Below, one piece after another: positions 11,548 through 24,100 of a stretch of DNA of 64,000 nucleotides; positions within the stretch are counted from its first letter, which is position 1, and every line of letters starts with the position of its first letter. The stretch comes from Alphaproteobacteria bacterium (lineage in GTDB: Bacteria; Pseudomonadota; Alphaproteobacteria; GCA-016699305): the NCBI GenBank assembly GCA_016699305.1, contig CP064970.1, positions 389,647-453,646 of the forward strand, read 5' to 3'. A program made the translations under genes and the position numbers. A model generated the notes under the pieces. The model had not been told where the DNA came from. It made no database searches and saw only the letters and a list, made by a program, of their open reading frames with translations.

Positions 11548-13110
11548 TCACGCACCCTGCAAAAGGCGACGCAGCAGATCCACATCCTGGCGCAGGTCCT
11601 TATCCGTCTGGCACAGCTCCTCCACCTTACGCACGGCGTGAATGACCGTGGTGTGGTCGCGACCACCGAAACGACGCCCGATATCCGGCAGAGAGCGCGA
11701 GGTCAGCTGCTTGGCCAGATACATCGCCACCTGACGCGGACGAGCCACCGCGCGCTCACGGCGCGTGGAGCACATCTCGGCCAGGCGCATATTGTAATGC
11801 TCGGCCACGCGACGCTGGATATCCTCGACCGTCAAGGTGCGGTCATGGGTGCGCAGAATGTCGTGCAGCACCTCGCCCACCATATCGAGGGAGATGGTCT
11901 GCCCCACGAGGTCGCCATGCGCCGTCAAACGGTTCAACGCGCCCTCTAATTCACGCACATTCGACGTGATGCGATGCGCCAGGAACTCCAACACATTGGC
12001 GGGAACGCCGCGCCGCGACTGCTCGGCCTTTGACTGCAAGATACCCAAGCGCAGCTCATAGCTGGTGGGATGAATATCCGCGCACAGCCCCCAGCCTAGA
12101 CGCGAACGCAAGCGTTCCTCGATTTGGTCCAGTTCTCGCGGAGATTTATCTGCGGAAACGACGATCTGTCGGTTCTCATCCACCAAGGCGTTAAAAGTAT
12201 GAAAGAACTCTTCCTGTGTGGAATCTTTGCCGCTGATGAACTGCACATCATCGATCATCAGCACATCGACCGAGCGAAACTCCTCTTTGAACGCCATCGT
12301 GTCTTTAAAGCGCAACGCCCGTACGAACTGATACATAAATTTTTCAGCCGACATATAGATCACGCGCCGACCGTTGTTCTGGCCACGAATATGCCAGGCA
12401 ATGGCATGCATCAAATGCGTCTTGCCCAGCCCCACGCCTCCATACAGAAACAGGGGGTTAAACGACACAGAGGATGTTTCGGCCACGCGCCGCGCGGCGG
12501 CATGGGCCAATTCATTGGGCTTACCCACAACGAATTGGTCAAAGGTAAAGCGGGCATCCAGCGGCGCGCATAAATCATCGCGCCAGTCTTTCATGGCCGA
12601 GCTTACCGCCTTGGCAGGCAGACCGTTCACAGGCAACGCCGTCCCGATCAGCGGCATGGCCGTGCGGTCCGAATTTGCGGGAAGGTCGCCGATGGCACTT
12701 GTCTGGGTCTGACCAACCACAACGGGCTGTCCCGCAGATGCAACCTCGACCGATGGCAAAACGCCAAAGCGGATGTCTTCCAGCTCGTATCCCGCCTCGC
12801 GCCAAGTGGCCGAGATCATGGCACCGTAATGCGTCTCCACCCAATCGCGCATGAATCGCGTGGGCAGGCTGATGACCACCGTGCCGTCTTGGCCGCAGCG
12901 CTCACAGCGCATGCTTTCTAGCCAGCGGCGGAAATTTTCAGTGCCGACTTTTTTGCGCAACAAGGCGCGCACACTTAGCCACAACGCTTCGGTCGAAGGG
13001 GCGGAATCGGAATCGGCATTTGAAAGACTATGCGCAGCCGAGCGGCTGACCGCGGATGGGTGAATGTTGTCGGTGTGAATGGCCCGTGCGCCCATGCCCC
13101 CTACCCCCAT
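11548..13110 (-). CDS. dnaA: chromosomal replication initiator protein DnaA
   Basis: AAA+ Walker A GVGLGKTHLMHAIA, box VII/sensor region and C-terminal DNA-binding helix-turn-helix (RQVAMYLAKQLTSRSLPDIGRRFGGRDHTTVIHA). Confidence 0.95.
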   Translation of the reverse strand: MGVGGMGARAIHTDNIHPSAVSRSAAHSLSNADSDSAPSTEALWLSVRALLRKKVGTENFRRWLESMRCERCGQDGTVVISLPTRFMRDWVETHYGAMISATWREAGYELEDIRFGVLPSVEVASAGQPVVVGQTQTSAIGDLPANSDRTAMPLIGTALPVNGLPAKAVSSAMKDWRDDLCAPLDARFTFDQFVVGKPNELAHAAARRVAETSSVSFNPLFLYGGVGLGKTHLMHAIAWHIRGQNNGRRVIYMSAEKFMYQFVRALRFKDTMAFKEEFRSVDVLMIDDVQFISGKDSTQEEFFHTFNALVDENRQIVVSADKSPRELDQIEERLRSRLGWGLCADIHPTSYELRLGILQSKAEQSRRGVPANVLEFLAHRITSNVRELEGALNRLTAHGDLVGQTISLDMVGEVLHDILRTHDRTLTVEDIQRRVAEHYNMRLAEMCSTRRERAVARPRQVAMYLAKQLTSRSLPDIGRRFGGRDHTTVIHAVRKVEELCQTDKDLRQDVDLLRRLLQGA

Positions 13111-13353
13111 CTGTCTACCTCTACCCTATGAAAGGCCTGCTCATGTCCGCCTTCCTGACCGAGCCACGGCATCGCACCGCACACTCCTTAGAAAGGATCC
13201 CTGAACAAGCCCAACTGCGCTGTTTTTGAACACGTCATACATTCGACTTTGACCTGGAAAGCCCGTTAGCCCCGCTTCTTCGAGGGTGAGCAGACTTTAC
13301 AAATGATAACGTCGATTGCAAAAATATTATCTCTAAAAAATCAGAAAAAATCA

Positions 13354-13384
13354 AGTGTTCATTTGGCAACACCAAATGAACACT
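13354..13384 (-). terminator. putative rho-independent terminator downstream of rpsT
   Basis: Perfect 13-bp inverted repeat AGTGTTCATTTGG-CAACA-CCAAATGAACACT; on the minus strand it is followed by TGATTTTTTCTGATTTTTT. Confidence 0.45.
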
Positions 13385-13564
13385 AGTATTTCAGGAGCGT
13401 TTCTTGTTTTTTCACTTGCGCTACTATAGTTATAAATTCTGTCGCAAGCGGACTTTATTTATTCAATACTCTTAATGCATCATTAATATTTACCTATCAA
13501 TGGGATTTAGACGCAATCATGCAACGAAGCTATAAAACGATGGCCGCAAGTTGCGGCGCATCGC

Positions 13565-13846
13565 CTAAGCTTGAGCGGCAGGTGTCTTGAGGGCCTTGAT
13601 ACGGCTGCAAAGGCGCGAAATCTTGCGCGATGCCGTATTGCGATGAAGGACCCCCTTAGAGACCCCACGAGCCAGCTCAGGCTCAGCCTGGCGGAACGCT
13701 TCCAGGGCGGCATCCAACTGGCCGGACTGAAGGCTGGTCTCAACTTTCTTAACCGCCGTGCGGATACGCGACAAATGCGCGCGATTGCGCAAGCGTCGGC
13801 GGGCGGTTTGACGAACTCGCTTAATGGCAGAGGCGTGATTGGCCAT
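13565..13846 (-). CDS. rpsT: 30S ribosomal protein S20
   Basis: [36 protein letters not shown]... typical S20; start set at internal Met of ORF-track 13565..13906. Confidence 0.9.
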   Translation of the reverse strand: MANHASAIKRVRQTARRRLRNRAHLSRIRTAVKKVETSLQSGQLDAALEAFRQAEPELARGVSKGVLHRNTASRKISRLCSRIKALKTPAAQA

Positions 13847-14002
13847 GTGATTTAAGATCCCAAGCGGTGAAGATGCATTCGAAGAAGACCGTTGTATCCT
13901 TCCCAAATGTTTGCGTCAAGCCTTCATCGTGATGCCTTATCCTGATTGAAATTGAACACGCCTATCTTGACGAAAAGACCTGGCGGCTCCATATCATGAG
14001 AC

Positions 14003-14524
14003 ATGACATTGCCACATCTTGTGATCGCCCCGGATCCGCGCCTACGCCGCAAAACGCCCCTTGTGGGCAAAGTCGATTCCCGCATCGCCAAATTGATGGA
14101 TGAGATGCTGACCGTGATGTATCCGGGTAACGGCATCGGCTTGGCCGCGCCGCAAATCGGTGTGCTGGAAAGCGTGATCGTCATGGACACGGGCGAAAAG
14201 CGTGACGGCACCGAGGCCATCTACTTGGCAGACCCGGAGATTGTCTGGAAAAGCGAAGAAACGATGGTTTATCGTGAAGGTTGTTTGTCCTTACCCGATA
14301 TCTGGATCGAGATCACCCGGCCCGAGAAGATCCGCGTCAGCTATCTGGACCAACATAATAAGTCGCGCGAAATTGAGGCCAAAGGCCTGGAGGCCATCTG
14401 CCTTCAACATGAGATCGACCATCTACATGGCGTTTTGTTCGTGGATTATGTCTCGCAATTGAAGCGTGAGATGATCCTGCGCCGCTTGGACAAGGCTAAA
14501 AAACACGGGCGGATTGAAACGTGA
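14003..14524 (+). CDS. def: peptide deformylase
   Basis: Motifs [25 protein letters not shown]. Confidence 0.92.
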   Translation: MTLPHLVIAPDPRLRRKTPLVGKVDSRIAKLMDEMLTVMYPGNGIGLAAPQIGVLESVIVMDTGEKRDGTEAIYLADPEIVWKSEETMVYREGCLSLPDIWIEITRPEKIRVSYLDQHNKSREIEAKGLEAICLQHEIDHLHGVLFVDYVSQLKREMILRRLDKAKKHGRIET

Positions 14525-15177
14525 ATGTAAATATGGATACATCGGACGCGGCCAAGCCTGCCGCATCGGCTGTTCGCACAGCCATAGAGCAGGACGCCGA
14601 TCTGCTGCATGTTGTATTGGGCGAAAATCTGCTGGACCTGCATGAAAATCGAGGTGGCCTAACGGCCTGTGTGCGGCGTGAAACGATTGCTGATTGCCTG
14701 CAACGCCTACGCACGGATCGCACATGCGCATTCGATGAACTGATGGATGTATGCGGGGTCGATTATCCCGCCCGCACGCCACGTTTTGAGGTGGTGTATC
14801 AACTCCTTAGCCTGACGCGCAATCGCCGCCTGACGATTAAGGTTGCCGTGGCCGAGGATGAATCCGTTCCCAGTTCTGCCGGTGTCTTCCCTGCCGCCGG
14901 ATGGTTTGAACGTGAAGTGCTGGATCTTTTTGGCATCACGTTTTCGGACCATCCCGATCCGCGCCGTATCCTGACGGATTATGGCTTTGAAGGCCATCCT
15001 TTGCGTAAGGATTTTCCCCTGACCGGCTATGTGGAAGTCCGCTACGATCCCGATCAGCGCCGCGTGGTGCACGAACCCGTGCATCTAACCCAAGATTACC
15101 GCAACTTCGATTTTCTTAGCCCTTGGCAAGGCGATGTTCCCCTTACTTTGCCCGGCGACGAAAAAGCTTCAAAATAA
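14521..15177 (+). CDS. nuoC: NADH-quinone oxidoreductase subunit C family protein (stand-alone)
   Basis: [47 protein letters not shown] matches the 30-kDa subunit signature; no other nuo genes flank it. Confidence 0.8.
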   Translation: MNVNMDTSDAAKPAASAVRTAIEQDADLLHVVLGENLLDLHENRGGLTACVRRETIADCLQRLRTDRTCAFDELMDVCGVDYPARTPRFEVVYQLLSLTRNRRLTIKVAVAEDESVPSSAGVFPAAGWFEREVLDLFGITFSDHPDPRRILTDYGFEGHPLRKDFPLTGYVEVRYDPDQRRVVHEPVHLTQDYRNFDFLSPWQGDVPLTLPGDEKASK

Positions 15178-15259
15178 AGGCGTTTCGCGAATTTCAGCGG
15201 ATAACCCTAGGATAACTTCATAGCTCCGAGCCTCTACGAGAGCCTAGAGGAAACGCAAA

Positions 15260-15982
15260 TCACGCATGCCCGATCTCAGCAGATAGACTGGCGGGGGTGA
15301 TGCCCAATTGGGCGATGGCGCGTTCCCATTTGGTTTCCAAATGGTCGTCGAACAACAAGGTCTCGGCGGACGGGGCGACCAGCCAGCCATTGGCTTGAAG
15401 CTCGGTATCCAACTGCCCCGGACCCCATCCGGCATAACCCAGCGCCAGGAAACAGCGATTCGGGCCATGGCCTTGCGCGATGGCGCGTAGGATATCGACG
15501 GTCGCGGTCAGGCACACTTGGTCATCCACCGGCACCGTGCCCTCGGACTGATAATCCGCCGAATGCAGTACAAAGCCCCTATTGTTTTCGACCGGTCCAC
15601 CGTAATGGATGCGAACGGGCGGCGTGGTGGAATCTGTTTTGATCTCCATCTGGTCGAGCAAAGAACAAAAATCCAGCGCACCAAATAGCCGATTGACCAC
15701 AACCCCCATGGCACCCGCCGGGCTGTGTGAGCAGATATAAATCACTGTGCGCGCAAAGCGGGGATCGGCCATGCCGGGCGTGGCGACCAACAAAGTCCCT
15801 GCCAAAGATCCCGAATGCTTTTCTGTCTTGTGTTCGGACAAAGCTTCGCCTTCCTCAGCACGAGCGCGAGGGCGGATCTGCGGCTTTTTCTTGTCCTTTG
15901 CAGTCAAGGCCTGGTTCGTCTCCTGAACGTATGTTTTCCCTCGATCCGCGAAAACGATGCATGATCGAGTGAATGGTGTCAC
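15260..15982 (-). CDS. YqgE/AlgH family protein (UPF0301)
   Basis: LLVATPGMADPRFARTVIYICSHSPAGAMGVVVNR motif; 5' end uncertain (ORF-track start overlaps divergent dsbD-like start). Confidence 0.7.
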   Translation of the reverse strand: MTPFTRSCIVFADRGKTYVQETNQALTAKDKKKPQIRPRARAEEGEALSEHKTEKHSGSLAGTLLVATPGMADPRFARTVIYICSHSPAGAMGVVVNRLFGALDFCSLLDQMEIKTDSTTPPVRIHYGGPVENNRGFVLHSADYQSEGTVPVDDQVCLTATVDILRAIAQGHGPNRCFLALGYAGWGPGQLDTELQANGWLVAPSAETLLFDDHLETKWERAIAQLGITPASLSAEIGHA

Positions 15983-17711
15983 AATCTATTTAACAAATAT
16001 GAGTATAAAACTTGGCGAAGGCCCAAGAAAACCAGAAAGGTTAAGACGTTTGAGGATTCTTCAATTCCCATCATTCCGTCCTGCCACGATAGGTGCCATG
16101 GCCTTAATGGCCTTGGTCCTTATTGTTTCTTTTACTATCGATACAAAAAAATCTTTAGCTAAGGAACCCGAATGGGTACGGGGGCAATATGTATCGGCAC
16201 GACTAATATCTGGCGTCATGGCCGTGGGAGATTTGTCTGCCGTCCCCATGGGAGTGGGATTACGGCTGGATCCAGGCTGGAAAACCTATGGGCCGAATCC
16301 AGGACCCGCCGGATTACCTGCGCGATTGGATTGGGGGTTGTCGGACAACGTATCAAGCAGTCACATCGCATGGCCGCCGACCATGGATTTTGAGTTCCAA
16401 GGCATCCATGCGCGCGGCTATCAAGGTGATGTGCTGTGGCCCATGACAGTACGGCCCAAGGCGGTAGGTCAGCCGATAAATATGTATTTACGGCTGGAGA
16501 TGCTGGTCTGCAAAGACGTGTGCATCCCGCAAAGCCTGACCTTGCCCATGTTCCTGACTTCCGGTCAGGCATTTCCCAGTTCCTATGCCGAGACTTTGGA
16601 CGCAGCGCATAATCGCCAGACCGAACCTGCATCCGTACATAACGAGAATGGAGAAGGAAATTCTGGCATCTCATGGATTTTGGCTTTTGGACTGGCATTA
16701 CTGGGCGGGTTAATCCTGAACCTGATGCCTTGCGTACTGCCGGTCTTATCGTTGAAGCTGCTGGCGGTATTGGGGCATGGCGGCGGCAATCGGCGTGACG
16801 TGCGATGGTCGTTTCTGGCCACGGCGGCAGGGATTGTCTTTTCCTTTTGGCTGCTGGCGGGATTCACGGTGATCTTCAAATGGGCCGGTGGAAATGTGGG
16901 ATGGGGACTGCATTTCCAGAACCCCATCTTTCTGATCGGCATGATCCTGGTACTGATGCTATTCGCCGCGAATTTATGGGGCCTGTTTGAATTCCGTTTG
17001 CCGCAGTTTCTGGCTCGAAGCCTCTCCGCGCGGCACAACGGGATGCTCGGCGCGTTTCTAACAGGATGCTTCGCCACCCTATTGGCCACGCCCTGCTCGG
17101 CACCCTTTCTAGGAACGGCGGTGGGTTTTGCCTTGGCCAGCGGCGCTTGGGACATTATTACCATCTTCACGGCCCTTGGTCTGGGGCTGGCCGCGCCTTG
17201 GTTGATCGTGGCCGCATGGCCGCGACTGGCCACCGCCCTGCCGCGTCCGGGGGCCTGGATGATCCCGCTGCGACGCGTCATGGGCGTGGGGCTGGCCGTG
17301 ACGGCGCTGTGGCTTGGCGCGGCGGCACTGCCCGATTCCTTGCGCACCTCCGATGATCCGCGTTGGCGACATTTTGACGAACGCGCAATCTCTGAGCTGA
17401 CATCTCGCGGGGCCGTGGTTTTTGTGAACATCACCGCCGATTGGTGCCTGACCTGTCTGGCCAATAAGAAACTGGTCTTGGAACGGCCAACCATCCGCGC
17501 CCAATTATTCGATCAGCCGCGCCGATTGGTGGCCATGCAAGGCGACTGGACTCATCGTGACGAGGGAATCACCGCCTATCTGCTGCGCCACAAGCGTTAC
17601 GGCATTCCCTTTAGCATCGTCTATGGCCCCGGCGCGCCCGAAGGGATTATTTTGCCTGAATTCCTTCATGAGGATGATATTTTGAAAGCTTTGAACCAAG
17701 CCAAAGGCTGA
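15957..17711 (+). CDS. DsbD-family thiol:disulfide interchange / cytochrome c biogenesis membrane protein with C-terminal thioredoxin-like domain
   Basis: Central polytopic domain with LMPCVLPVLSL and LATPCSAPFLG Cys motifs; C-terminal WCLTC thioredoxin motif; start codon uncertain. Confidence 0.8.
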   Translation: MHDRVNGVTIYLTNMSIKLGEGPRKPERLRRLRILQFPSFRPATIGAMALMALVLIVSFTIDTKKSLAKEPEWVRGQYVSARLISGVMAVGDLSAVPMGVGLRLDPGWKTYGPNPGPAGLPARLDWGLSDNVSSSHIAWPPTMDFEFQGIHARGYQGDVLWPMTVRPKAVGQPINMYLRLEMLVCKDVCIPQSLTLPMFLTSGQAFPSSYAETLDAAHNRQTEPASVHNENGEGNSGISWILAFGLALLGGLILNLMPCVLPVLSLKLLAVLGHGGGNRRDVRWSFLATAAGIVFSFWLLAGFTVIFKWAGGNVGWGLHFQNPIFLIGMILVLMLFAANLWGLFEFRLPQFLARSLSARHNGMLGAFLTGCFATLLATPCSAPFLGTAVGFALASGAWDIITIFTALGLGLAAPWLIVAAWPRLATALPRPGAWMIPLRRVMGVGLAVTALWLGAAALPDSLRTSDDPRWRHFDERAISELTSRGAVVFVNITADWCLTCLANKKLVLERPTIRAQLFDQPRRLVAMQGDWTHRDEGITAYLLRHKRYGIPFSIVYGPGAPEGIILPEFLHEDDILKALNQAKG

Positions 17712-17940
17712 CACCGCTGCGCATGCCGTTATAATACATATTTATCAATGTATAATGCTCGATATCGCATCCATTTTGTATGAATAAGACGCACAAAAAA
17801 AGATCCCCAATTATCCCGGCAATCTGGCCACACTCACAAATTCGGAATGACCTGCCCGCTTGGCAGGCTATTTTTCATGATCCCGACTTGACCCCAGCCC
17901 CACACTCGCGCAAAAAGACGTGTGCTAGGAAGGGAATCGC

Positions 17941-18816
17941 ATGGCTAATCTCAAGGACTTACGCAATCGCATCGCCAGCGTGCGCGCGACGTGCAAGATC
18001 ACCTCGGCCATGAAAATGGTCGCGGCCAGCAAATTGCGACGCGCTCAAACGCAGGCCGAGAACGCGCGGCCTTATGCCGAGTCCTTGCAGGATATGCTGG
18101 CCTCGGTCTCTCAAGGCATCCCGGCGCATGACGATTCTTTGCCGGCCTGGGCGCGTGCCAGCGGCAATAAAAGTCCGGCACTGGTGGTTCTGACGTCGGA
18201 TCGCGGCCTGTGCGGCGGCTTCAACGCCTCGGTCGTGCGCGATGTGCGGCACAGGGTTGATGAGTTGGAGAAACAGGGAACGCCGCCCATCCTGATCTGC
18301 ATCGGGCGGCGTGGGCGCGACATGCTCAAACGGACCCACAGCAAATATATCGTCCACAGCATGGATTTTGGCCGCACGCCCTCTTATGCCGTGGCGCAGG
18401 ATTTGGCGGAAACCCTGGTTAAGCTGTTCACCCAAAGCAAACTGGACAGCTGCGATCTGATGTTCAACGCCTTCAAAAACGCCTTGCAGCAGGAGCTGCG
18501 CATGCGACGTATCATGCCCGCGCCCATGGACCCGCCCGAAGAGGCCGCCGCCAAGCCGACGGTCTGGCGTATCTATGAGCCGGGGCGAAACGAGATATTG
18601 GCCGGCCTGTTGCCCTTGAACATGAAGACGCAAATTTATCTGGCGATGGTCGAAAGCATGGCAGGCGAACATGCCGCGCGCATGACCGCTATGGACAGCG
18701 CCACACGCAATGCCAGCGAGATGATTGATCGCTTAAACCTGCGTTACAACCGGCTGCGCCAGGCGGCCATCACCACGGAGATGATCGAGATCGTCTCCGG
18801 CTCTGAGGCGATGTAG
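17941..18816 (+). CDS. atpG: F0F1 ATP synthase subunit gamma
   Basis: MANLKDLRNRIASVRATCKITSAMKMVAASKLRRAQ... and C-terminal ITTEMIEIVSGSEA. Confidence 0.95.
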   Translation: MANLKDLRNRIASVRATCKITSAMKMVAASKLRRAQTQAENARPYAESLQDMLASVSQGIPAHDDSLPAWARASGNKSPALVVLTSDRGLCGGFNASVVRDVRHRVDELEKQGTPPILICIGRRGRDMLKRTHSKYIVHSMDFGRTPSYAVAQDLAETLVKLFTQSKLDSCDLMFNAFKNALQQELRMRRIMPAPMDPPEEAAAKPTVWRIYEPGRNEILAGLLPLNMKTQIYLAMVESMAGEHAARMTAMDSATRNASEMIDRLNLRYNRLRQAAITTEMIEIVSGSEAM

Positions 18817-18819
18817 AGC

Positions 18820-21092
<2,273 letters not shown>

Positions 21093-21163
21093 CCGGCGAA
21101 CGCATCCTTTGGTAAGAAGTCGGATAAGGGACCGCAGGGTTAATTCCCCGGCCCCTTACCGAG

Positions 21164-24100
21164 TTACTTCCAGTTCGCCGCAATCACCGTGGCCAAAGAG
21201 TCCTGATAATGTTGCGGCAGGGTGTTCTCATTCGCCGCAGGCGGCGCGAATGCGGCCATGGCATTGACCAAATTCTCGACCTGGTTCGCCAGCAAAGCCT
21301 TGCCGTCCGAAGTCTTGAATTGCTCAATCTGGGCCACCGCTCCGCTGCCATACCAGCCACTGATGGTCATGCAATCTTCCGTTCCGATGATGCTGACCTC
21401 GAGATCGCTGTTCAGCTTTCTGAACCAGATTTGGTCGCTGGCGATACCTGAACCAAACGACATCATGTCGCTATTGCCGGCAGTGCTGTCATATTCCTGG
21501 ATGGAGTCAACATACGAGCCACGAGCCATCACATAGGTGTCGTTGCCCTGCCCGCCAATCAGCCAATCACGCCCTGTGCCACCATCCAGCGTGTCATTGC
21601 CCGCATCGCCGTTGAGTGTATCATTGCCATCCTGGCCTTGCAGCAGATCGTCTCCATAGCCGCCGTTTAGAATATCGGCACCCACGCCGCCCGCCAGTCT
21701 GTCGTTGCCATCTTCGCCATTGATTTGATCATCGCCGCCATCGCCGCCCAGCGAGTCATGACCCGAGCGGCCATAGACGTAATCATTGCCGTCGCCGCCA
21801 TTGATGGTGTCCGCCGTGGCATAGCCAGTTAGAACGTTATCTTCCGTTGTTCCTGCCAAAACCTTGGCCTTCACCGCATCGACTCTCCAGACGGTTCCAT
21901 CGGCAAATTTGATATTCTCGATCACACTGTTCGTTGCGCCGTCCTGAGTGAAATAGCTCGACACATTCAGCGTATCATCTGTGCCTACGAGGCTGATCAC
22001 CAGGTTGCCATTGTCGTTCCTTAGCATCGTCTGTGCAGCGGAGATTCCCGCACCCAACAGAACCGTATCGGCATTCACGCCCACGGCGTCAACGTCACCG
22101 TTGTTGATCGTGTCTTGCCCGCTTCCAAAGCCAAACAGATAAGTATCGGCACCGTTGCCCCCACTCATCTGATCATCACCTGTACCACCGTCGAGCGTAT
22201 CGGCTCCGTCTCCCCCGTAGAGATTATCGCGACCTTCCATACCGCGCAGCACATCATTCCCCGCGCCGCCATCCAGTGTATCGTCGCCAAAACCCGCACC
22301 GCCGGTCAGCGTATCGTTACCGCCATCACCGTATAAACAGTCATTGCCGTAACCGCCGTCGATGATGTCATTGCCGCCATGCGCATAGATCGTATCATCG
22401 CCAGAGGCCCCGGCCAGGGAATCAGCCGTCTCAAATCCTATCAGAGTGTCACTGGAGTTGGTGGCGACCGTCACCTTGGCCTTGATCGCCGCCACATTCC
22501 ACACCGTGCCATCGGCGAATCTGACGTTCTCGACGGCATGAGGCGTCGCTCCATCCTGACTGAAATAGTTTTGAACCGTCAGTTTGTCATTGGTGCCGAT
22601 GATCGATAAGGCCAAATTATCCCACTCGCGAGAGGCCACCACATCCGCGACCGCCACGCCGGCAGAAAACTGGATGGTATCGGCTTTTACGCCCAACGCA
22701 TCCACGTCGTAATTATTGATCGAATCCTGTCCGCTGCCACGCCCGAACAGATAGACATCCGCGCCATCGCCTCCCGACAACACATCATTGCCCAAGCCAC
22801 CATTAAGAGTGTCATTGCCGCCATAGCCGTATAGCGAGTCGTCACCCACCCCACCCAGCATGCTTTCCGACGCCGCCGTGCCCGCCTTGTACATGGCAGC
22901 AGGAGCGGCGCTCAATCTGCTCTTGACCGCGGCATAGTCCCATACCGTACCGTTGGCAAAGCCAATAAGCTCCACCGCGTTGGCTGTCGTGCCGTCCTGC
23001 GAGAAATAGCTTTGAACCGTCAGCCTGTCATTGGTGCCGATGATTGACAGAACCAGATCATCGCCCAAACGGGAAGCAGCCACATCCGCCGGCACGATTC
23101 CTGCCTGAAAAATGATGGCGTCCCTGGACTGGCCGAGAGCATCATTGTCATTATTGCTGATGGTATCCTGACCGCTGCCGCGCCCGAACATATAGCTATC
23201 AGCCCCATCACCCCCGCCAAGCGTGTCATTGCCTAGACCACCATAGATGCGGTCATTGCCCGATTCCCCATAGAGGGTATCGTCACCCTCATCGCCGTAG
23301 ATCGCATCATCATCGGCGCCGCCATATATATAATCATTGCCCGCGCCGCCCAATAACCCGTCATAGCCAGCGCCGCCACTGATGTTGTCAGTGCCGTCAC
23401 TGCCGCTGATCGTGTCAGATCCATCATAGCCATTGATCTGGTCATCGCCCGCGCCGCCATTGATGTTGTCCGCGCTGGCATAGCCGTACAGCGTGTCTTT
23501 TTCATTCGTGCCCAGCAAGGTCTTGGCCTTCATTGTGGCCACGTCCCATACCGTGCCGTTAGCAAAGCCAATAAGCTCCACCGCGTTGGCTGTCGTGCCG
23601 TCCTGCGAGAAATAGCTTTGAACCGTCAATCTGTCATTGGTGCCGATGATCGACAGAACCAAACTATCGCCCAGACGGGAAACAGCCACATCCGCCGGCA
23701 CGATTCCTGCCTGAAAAATGATGGCGTCCCTGGACTGGCCGAGAGCATCATTGTCATTATTGCTGATGGTATCCTGACCGCTGCCGCGCCCGAACATATA
23801 GCTATCAGCCCCATCACCCCCGCTAAGAGTGTCATTGCCTAGACCGCCATACAGACGATCATTGCCCGATTCCCCATAGAGGGTATCGTTACCCCCGTCG
23901 CCGTAGATCGCATCATCACCAGCACCACCATTGAGGCTGTCATTGCCCGCGCCGCCGAGCATCCCGTCATGGCCATCCTCACCATAGAGGACATCGGCCC
24001 CATCATCGCCATACAGCGAATCGCTGCCGCCATTGCCTTGGATTGTGTCCCCACCCGCGCCGCCACGAATAGTCTCTGCACTGACAGAGCCATACAGCGA

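Noticed and set aside
16583-17494. 303-aa minus-strand ORF
   Set aside because: Antisense shadow within the dsbD-family gene; Arg/Pro/Ala-rich low-complexity translation
21093-21163. Bidirectional terminator between atpD and the RTX gene
   Set aside because: An imperfect 10-bp stem is present but there is no T-run on either strand, so not annotated
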